DNA of 64,000 nucleotides from Strigamia acuminata (Eukaryota): positions 29,016,001-29,080,000 of the forward strand of contig OX442314.1 in NCBI GenBank assembly GCA_949358305.1, in the 5' to 3' direction. The notes below the pieces were generated by a model. It worked only from the letters and a program-made list of their open reading frames with translations. It did no database searches and was not told where the DNA came from. Each line of letters starts with the position of its first letter. The first letter of the stretch is position 1. A program made the position numbers and the translations under genes. This document shows positions 56,609-64,000 of this stretch, piece after piece.

Positions 56609-57171
56609 GCCATCGGTGACCTAAGGTAATTTCGAACAATTCCAAATGCAAAATCGAGTTGCTAACAAAACACACTGCAACTTTACCATTGAAACTTGTA
56701 TTGCATTTGAATTATTATAATTTGTGGTGATCTCAAAATGTTTCACCACTTAGGAGATAAATTTATTTGTCTCTTAATTAATTTGGCTTGGCACAGCCAA
56801 GTCAGATCATGTGACCGAGGGGAGTAAACTTCCCTAGGCACCATCTCACCCCAGGTTGTCTGGGGTGAAAACGGTAATTAACTGTTATGGTGCAACAAAT
56901 CCTTTGTTGCACCAAATTGCACCAAGTTGCACTAATTGCGTAGGTTATCTGCGCAATTTTGAAGTGTGCCAGGCTCGCGCCCGCGCTTCGAACGGCACTC
57001 TAACATGGTGTAACACTAACATGCCTAAAGAAGTTTATCTTCAAAAACTTGTTCATTTTGTTGAAAGAGATCACATTATAGTGCTCCAACTACTAATTGT
57101 GCTGATATTTTTATAGATAGCCCTGTTCAATGAATTCCCAAAGTAACATATTTTTAAGTGTTTGTATTCTA

Positions 57172-58795
57172 TACTAGTCGAAAGCATAAGTTTGGAAACA
57201 TCAATAATTCCAAAAAATATTTTTTCTTTCACCTTTGTTGTGTGGAAATAAATGATTTACAAATATGACGAGTTAATACACATTGTTGCCCTTTTATTCA
57301 GCTTCAAAACAAAGTGTTTGAACTAAAAAAAAAATAAAAAATGAGAGAGAAATGATGATTTTTCTTCATCTGTTCCGAAGCAAAAATATGGAAATATGTG
57401 TTCTCTGTTGCAAAAGTTTAGAAACTTGACGATTACACATGACGTAGAAGCATTTACATAGTCAAATCAGATAACTAGTCACGTGATTGTAAAATAAAAT
57501 CACTTAAGATCAAACATGGTGTTAAATGCGGATGAAAAACAAATTTTAGTGAACATGCGAGCTAAGAAGAAAACTCATGACTGAAATTGCTAACTTTTTG
57601 AAGATGCCCCCATCATGCATCAACAAATGCTTGTAAATGTGTAAAAGAAGATGGTGGAAAGGTCAAATCGGCTAGAAAACGTTCTGGAAGACCCCTAAAA
57701 TCTACAGAATGCAAGATTCAGATCCTCAAAACACTTGTCAGGAATCATCCAAAGCTCTCTGTCAATGAATAACACATTAAATGGCAACTTGAACCAGGTA
57801 TAACAGTCCCAAAAGACATTGTTCTATGGAAACTTAAAAGTATGGGCTACAGATCCGGAGTTCCAGGATGCAAATCATACATGAACAACAAACAAATTCG
57901 TAAGTGGCATGCACGAGCCACGGAAATGTGAAATTCGGTTATTTTCTTCGATAATTCTAAGTTCAACTTGTCATTTGGGGATGAGGAAGTCCATGTTTAA
58001 CGATGAAAAGGCAAAGAAAATAATTCAAAATGTCTGAACACCGCTGTGAAGTTTCCCCTCAGCCTAATGATCTGAGTTTGCATATCCTCCAAAGGCCCAG
58101 GACAGTTAACATTCATAGAAGGAACTGTGAATGCTGGGAAATATCAACAGATTCTCAAGGAAAGTCTATTGCCATCAAAGAGAGTTTTATTTGGGCCAAC
58201 AAGTAACCTTCATGCAAGATGGAGCACCCTTCCATATGGCCAAGACCATAATGAAATGGTTTTAAACAAAAAAAAATCACTTTTCCTTGGTCAGGTAACT
58301 CACCAGATATGAATTTGATGAAAAATATTTAGCTGCTGATGAAGAAACGATTAAGAGCTCACAAACCCAGAAATGAAAGCTGCAATAACACAAGTGTGGG
58401 AATCAATCACCAAAGAGGATGACAAAAACTGACATCATCAATGGCGAGAAGGATTGCTGCAGTGATTAGGAGAAAGCGCCATCCTACCAAATACTGAGGT
58501 AAAAGTCATTTATAATGGTGGTTTTAATTTTTTTACTTCAAGTTTCTAAACTTTTGCAACAGGGAGCACATATTTCCATATTTTTGCTTCGGAACAGATG
58601 AAGAAAAATCATCATTTCTCTCTCATTTTTTATTTTTTTTTTAGTTCAAACACTTTGTTTTGAAGCTGAATAAAAGGGCAACAATGTGTATTAACTCGTC
58701 ATATTTGTCAATCATTTATTTCCACACAACAAAGGTGAAAGAAAAAATATTTTTTGGAATTATTGATGTTTCCAAACTTATGCTTTCCACTAGTA
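57172..58795 (+). mobile_element. Degenerate Tc1-family transposon with ~255-bp TIRs and a transposase pseudogene (~57520-58497)
   Basis: TIRs 57172-57429 / ~58538-58795 flanked by TA; remnants RSGRP, FDNSKFNL, VKFP..MI, MQDGAP.H, GNSPDMN with stops and frameshifts. Confidence 0.9.
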
Positions 58796-59157
58796 TATCT
58801 TGAATCAATTTTCTGAAACTGTATTTATCACCTATGACTTTTCGCATATTTTGATTTTTTTCCTCTTTGTGCACAGTTTAGTGAATTTTGCTCAATTACT
58901 TGTAGATGAAAGGACCATTTTTGTGGGTATCATGATAAATATCGACTCTTTAATAGAACCGTAGACATTTTTAAGAACTCGGTTTAAAACACACCCAATC
59001 TTTGACTCATTTTCCACCCAATAATGAATTAAATTCCCCCACTCTACACCCCCTCCCCAAGAAAATGGTTGCACTACCCTAATTTTTGTTTCCTCTAATA
59101 AAGGTTTTATCCCCTAACTAATTTACCCCAATTATTAGCAAATGTACCCCAACACTT

Positions 59158-59590
59158 TCATTGTGAACACAATGCTCTCTTCGATTTTGATAGGAGTACT
59201 CGCTTACGTTTCTGACCGATAGGAACAGTTTTTACCTCAGGTAGTATGACAAGCAAAGTCTCAATGATCACAATCCCTACAATGTGCTTGCGTATGTATA
59301 TCATAGCAAACACAGGGCATGTGCATGTTCCAACACTCCATTCATCCTTTTCAATCCTCACATGGCACAAATGGTTTCTTGAATGTACCTGTAAGTATGT
59401 GTCAAATCGGCGCCAGCTTTTTCTCTCCTTGTCCGAGTCAGAGCAATAAAGAAGTAACGTTTTGGCATTGCAAGAGTTTGAATCTTTGCAATCTTTGCAA
59501 TCAAGAAACACTTTGTTTCTCTCTGCAGATGGATGTTTTCATTTGTACGTTCACATCTTCTCACACCGAATGTAATCTCTTGCTTCATCA
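59158..59590 (-). pseudogene. C-terminal fragment of a SWIM-finger (MULE-like) transposase
   Basis: CTCPVF....RKHIVG (degenerate CxC...CxH) followed by VPIGQKRKR...KSKRAL. Confidence 0.65.
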
Positions 59591-60104
59591 GCAGTTAAAA
59601 ATATGAGGGAAAATAATATGTCGCCCATTTTTAAAACCCATTTTAAATTTTCAAAAAAGAATTTAAAATAAAACAAGTTATTAAAAAAACAAAACCATTC
59701 GTGACTTTTGGCCCACCCTGTACAACAGTGATTTGCATTGTAGTTGCCCAAACACAACAATCACCACTTCTCTATTCTGTATTTTATTTACATGTTCGTG
59801 GAAAAAATTGACTCAAAGATCGACTAAAAGAATTGATCATATGAGCACTAAAAATTAATGGTAAAAAAGGTACTATAAAACGTGCTGTTTTTATGCAGTA
59901 ATAAAATTATGTTTATATTGTCGTTGTTTTGTACATGAATTAATAGGAATCAATTAGTACATAATCCACCTTTACGACAGTTTGTTGAACAATGTCTTCC
60001 GCTAGCTCTAAACTTTGCATCTTAACTTTCATTTTACGACTTGTTGACAAAAACTGAACCTATTTACCATTCCTGAAAGTGTTCGCCACTATTCTCCAAC
60101 TAAA

Positions 60105-61887
60105 ATGGTTCATCAACGAAAAATATTTACTCGCACATGCAACGTGAGACGACAAATCAGACTAAAAAAAATCGGGTATGGAAAACAACCTGCTCAAAGA
60201 CTTCAAACTGATTTTTTGGGATTGAACAAATTGTGTGATCAATCATACAGTGTATTTTTCAAATTGGTTTGGTTCCTACTTGTCGTGGCTTGCTTCACTG
60301 CTTGTTTGGTACAAATTTACGCGCGTGTGAGCGTTTTCTTAGATGGGGCAATTACGCAGGAAGTAGAATTCAGACCCCAAACATCTTTTTCATTTCCTTC
60401 GGTCACTATATGCAATATGCATATGTATTATCTAATCCGTTATACAAACAATAACCCAATGACTATGGACAATAAGACACGTCACATAATCAAAAGCGAT
60501 GTCGAAGAATTATGGACTACTGTAGGTAGAATAAATGTCGACTACATTTGCGCCGTAAGTACAATTAAAGTGCATTTTCATTTACCTACAGTAAGTGTTG
60601 GCATTGTGATCGTCAAAATCAGTAACAGTTTAAACTAATTATTTATATTCTCAGAGAACAGCATACATTAAGAGATGTGGTAAAAAACTTTTTGAGATAA
60701 TGACAGCAAACCCTGTTAATACAGTAGATGGAAATTGTATGATGTTTAATCTGAGTAATAACAAAATTATATCAAATTCTTGCGAATGAAATTGTGACAA
60801 AGTTTCTACAGGCTAGTTAGTATATTTCATGTGTATTGCCCGGAATAATCGCCACGTAGACTGCATCCACTCTTCAATCAGACCGATAGCAAATTTTTTT
60901 CACCCTAACGATCCTGTAGAAACTTGTTCGCAATAACGTTTATAAGTTGGAGTAGTCAGAAATGCGATTGAATAGCAATTATACGATTGCAGATAAGAAG
61001 ATGGAGTACAAAGGTCCATTCACTTTTCTTAGTTTGGGCTGGAAAACCGTTGAGACTCCCTATCCAACACCAACTCTCTTTGTACGGTTAAAAGATGAAA
61101 ACAAAGAACAGAAAATGAAATATAAAATGTCACTTCCACCTTGCAGTTCTCTCTCCAGGGTGATGCATTCCGGCATGTCTATGACGACCTTGTAGTATCT
61201 GAACAAGCCAACGTCAATTTTCAAACAGAATACCGAATATTTGAAAAAGAGGTGCAGTAACACAATTTTAAAATAAAATGAATGCTTTCTAATATGCATC
61301 CAAATTTTAGTTTAAGAATTTGAATTTACCTCGCAATCTCTGTGCACCGGCGGAAGAAGTTACAACCTGCATAACTAATTGCTTAGACAAATTATTAGAA
61401 GAGAAGTTAACTTGTAGGTAAGATTCCGATGCGTGTAGGTTAGAACTGTTTCATCCAGATGTGGATGTAATCTCTGACTTTCTTTGTCAGATTACCTTTT
61501 TTCAATTCCACGCTACGACGGTGCACCAGTTTTAATGAAATTAAGAAAGGATTTTGGGTTGGTTGGAATGCAGCAATCAACATGGTCGAAAATGTTAAAC
61601 CTTGTCACTGTAAACGTAAATGTAACGAGATCAAATACACATTCACATTGAACAAGGAAACACAGACAGAAAACAATAACTCAAACAGAACAGGGTTGAC
61701 TTTCCTTTTTTCAGCGGAAACACACGAAACGATTACAGAGCGACAAATGTTCTCACTTTCAGCTTTGTTCAGTGAAATTGGTGGAACCCTCGGTCTGTAC
61801 CTTGGCATCAGCATTTTCACAATTGCTGATCTCATTACCTTTCTTGCCCGACTTTCAATTTCCAAGTTTAAACGCTTTCTAAAATAA
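60105..61887 (+). CDS. DEG/ENaC channel subunit, copy C, 415 aa; exons 60105-60554, 60655-60754, 60993-61081, 61147-61251, 61311-61417, 61491-61887
   Basis: Same exon lengths as copy B (450/100/89/105/107), 1248-nt open frame, same motifs. Confidence 0.88.
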
Positions 61888-62133
61888 TTAATTCCGCTTC
61901 TGTTAAGATTTCAGTAAGCCACATCAAATGTAGAATCGGTCAATTTTTCCAACGATATTAATTATACAAATAAATCCTCCAGCAGTGTTTAATAAATCTT
62001 AAGGTTCAAATAAAGCATGTAAATGGGTTTGCCATTGGTTAGAACTCCCAAAGCAGGTTCGTCGACGTCAATCGGAGGCAAAATTAACAACAACACACCA
62101 CACCAAGTCACCACCACTATGCTCTGCCCACCT

Positions 62134-62345
62134 CAGGGGCGGATCTACATAGAGGCTAATGGGGCTTGAGCCCCGGGCCCCCAAATTCTAGGAGGCCCCC
62201 AAGACGCAGGGTCATGTACTAAAAAAAAAAAAAAAAAAAAAGTCGCTAAAAAACAAGAGATGAAAGATCGCTATTAAAAATTTCAATAAAGGGGCCCCGA
62301 AAAAACCTCAAGCCCCGGGCCCCCGAAAAGCTAGATCCGCCCCTG
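62134..62345. mobile_element. hAT-type MITE
   Basis: 14-bp TIR CAGGGGCGGATCTA; 8-bp TSD GCCCACCT. Confidence 0.9.
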
Positions 62346-63054
62346 GCCCACCTACCAAACTTATTCTGTTAACTCAAAAAACCAATCCGTTATTTGTCCA
62401 TGATCAGCACATTAAAGCGTTTCTACTGTCAATTAATGTAATTGTATTGTGTATAATTCATTCGTAACTTTTGGCCAACCCTCAATAAAGTGTTTGTATT
62501 CGAATATTTCTGCAACTAAGTAGTAATCACAGATTGTGTTCACGAATCTAGAGTAAACATGAAATGGGCAATTCATTAAACAACACAAATTTGGATTTTC
62601 AACAATGCTTTATGGTTTTTCACATTGTAATTTTAAAAGTAATAATGCCATATGAAAAATGCCAATATAAAGTTGTAGAGCATCATTTGTTTAATCTGAA
62701 ACTATTAAAATCAAATTTTTTTTCCCACAAATTTATTGATAAAAACTCAATTTTCTATTGCTGCAGCTTGCCAGTTGATAACTCACGATATTTTGCAAAA
62801 AGTATTTGACAACATCTTGTATGGGTTGCAAGCATGTATCACTGCAGGTGGAGAATACTTTAAATGAATTAATTCGTAAAAAGTCCTCATTCAGCATTAA
62901 AAACAAGTCTAAAATTCCAGAAAAATGGAGACTGTCAGATGGTTTTAGCTACCGTGGCAGTGAAGCTTCACAGGGAGTATTTTTTTAATCCTAGCGGCGC
63001 ATAATACTCCAATGGTGCACCTTCACCTGAACCACTGTCCGATCCAGAGCGTGA

Positions 63055-63191
63055 CCAAAAATTTAAATTTTTTAACCAAAAATTCAAATTTTGAACCAAA
63101 AATTCAAATTTTGAACCAAAAATTCAAATTTTGAACCAAAAATTCAAATTTTGAACCAAAAATTCAAATTTTGAACCAAAAATTCAAATTT
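63055..63191. repeat. 20-bp minisatellite (CCAAAAATTCAAATTTTGAA) about 7 times
   Basis: Direct reading of the sequence. Confidence 0.9.
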
Positions 63192-63879
63192 AGAAAGAAT
63201 TTCTAGAAAGAAATAAGAAGTCCCGCGCTGATCGGTGCAGTCAATCTTTGAACAAATCGTGGGAAAATCTATGGAAATACGAAGTAATAAGAAAATTTAA
63301 AATGTTCCTACAGCTAATATGAAGCAAAATATCGTAAAGACGGCGACATTGGTGTGGACTATTGGCAGTCCTCAGGGTTAAAGAGAACAGGTTTTGTCAT
63401 CAATTAATACCAAGCCTATTCATTAGATTTGCTGGTCCATTGCTTTGGAGGGGTATTGGCATAAAGTTGGCCCCCAAGATAAAAGTCGGGAAATTGTTGG
63501 AAACAAACTGGGTCTAATCAAAACAATTTACAGGTCCATTTAATTCATTGAAAGGGTTATCTACTCAAATCTATAGCTTTGATGTGACCAATACTTGGGG
63601 AGGGAGATCAAATTAACAAAGGCCAACTTGAGACAATTCTGACCCAACAAGCATATCAATGATTAGACGTTTAAAAGTTAAAAGTTTTTAAAAGTTTGAT
63701 TGTTGGATGTTGGGTCAGAATTATTGATCCTCGGTTTTGATAGTAAAATTCCCAATGTGTGGTCACTGTTTGGTCGTGAATTTTTCCATAACTAATTTCA
63801 CAAGTCTTCTTTACAAAATGGCTGAAGAAAAATGTAAAAGAATTAAAAATAAAAAAAGTTATTTAAAAAACAAAACTGT

Positions 63880-64000
63880 TCGTTACTATTTTGGCCCATC
63901 CTGTATAGTACAACAGTGGTTTGCATTGGTTGTTGCAAACACAACAATTACCACTTTTCTATTCTCTATTTTATTTACATGGTCATGGAAAAAATTGACT
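63880..64000 (+). repeat. Third copy of the upstream block that precedes DEG/ENaC copies B and C
   Basis: Aligns with ~49630-49742 and ~59699-59812. Confidence 0.85.

Noticed and set aside
62221..62241. Poly(A) tail of a SINE or retrocopy
   Set aside because: It lies inside a TIR/TSD-defined hAT MITE.
62985..63382. piggyBac-like MITE around the 20-bp minisatellite
   Set aside because: TTAA flanks are present but the TIR match is too weak to call.

Overview
Eukaryotic, invertebrate-like (probably arthropod) repeat-rich genomic DNA; nothing looks prokaryotic. (1) 1-32360 is a non-coding composite repeat system. It holds an 8.9-kb palindrome (4591-13492, axis ~9041.5) whose core contains two mirror arrays of 56-bp hairpin repeats and three stem-loops with long arms. 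The right arm continues as exactly six ~1.68-kb tandem units plus a 2.1-kb tail ending in GG-TTAA, and a near-identical unit+tail occupies 1-3080. (2) A young, intact Ty3/Gypsy element (20306-29795; 1003-bp LTRs, AAAA TSD, tRNA-Phe PBS, -1 frameshift, AT-hooks in pol) sits in unit 6. (3) A second Gypsy (32357-40770) is cut at the TTAA and lacks its 5' half. Between pol and its 3' LTR it carries what looks like an internally promoted, spliced ~900-aa accessory gene that is not env. (4) A full-length BEL/Pao element lies at 41077-47290 (- strand). (5) 48001-64000 is a tandem cluster of compact DEG/ENaC (pickpocket/ASIC-like) genes: one truncated, two intact 6-exon models, and a fourth probably starting just past the window. 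MITEs, a Tc1 relic and a MULE/SWIM fragment are interspersed. All alignments and gene models were made by eye.
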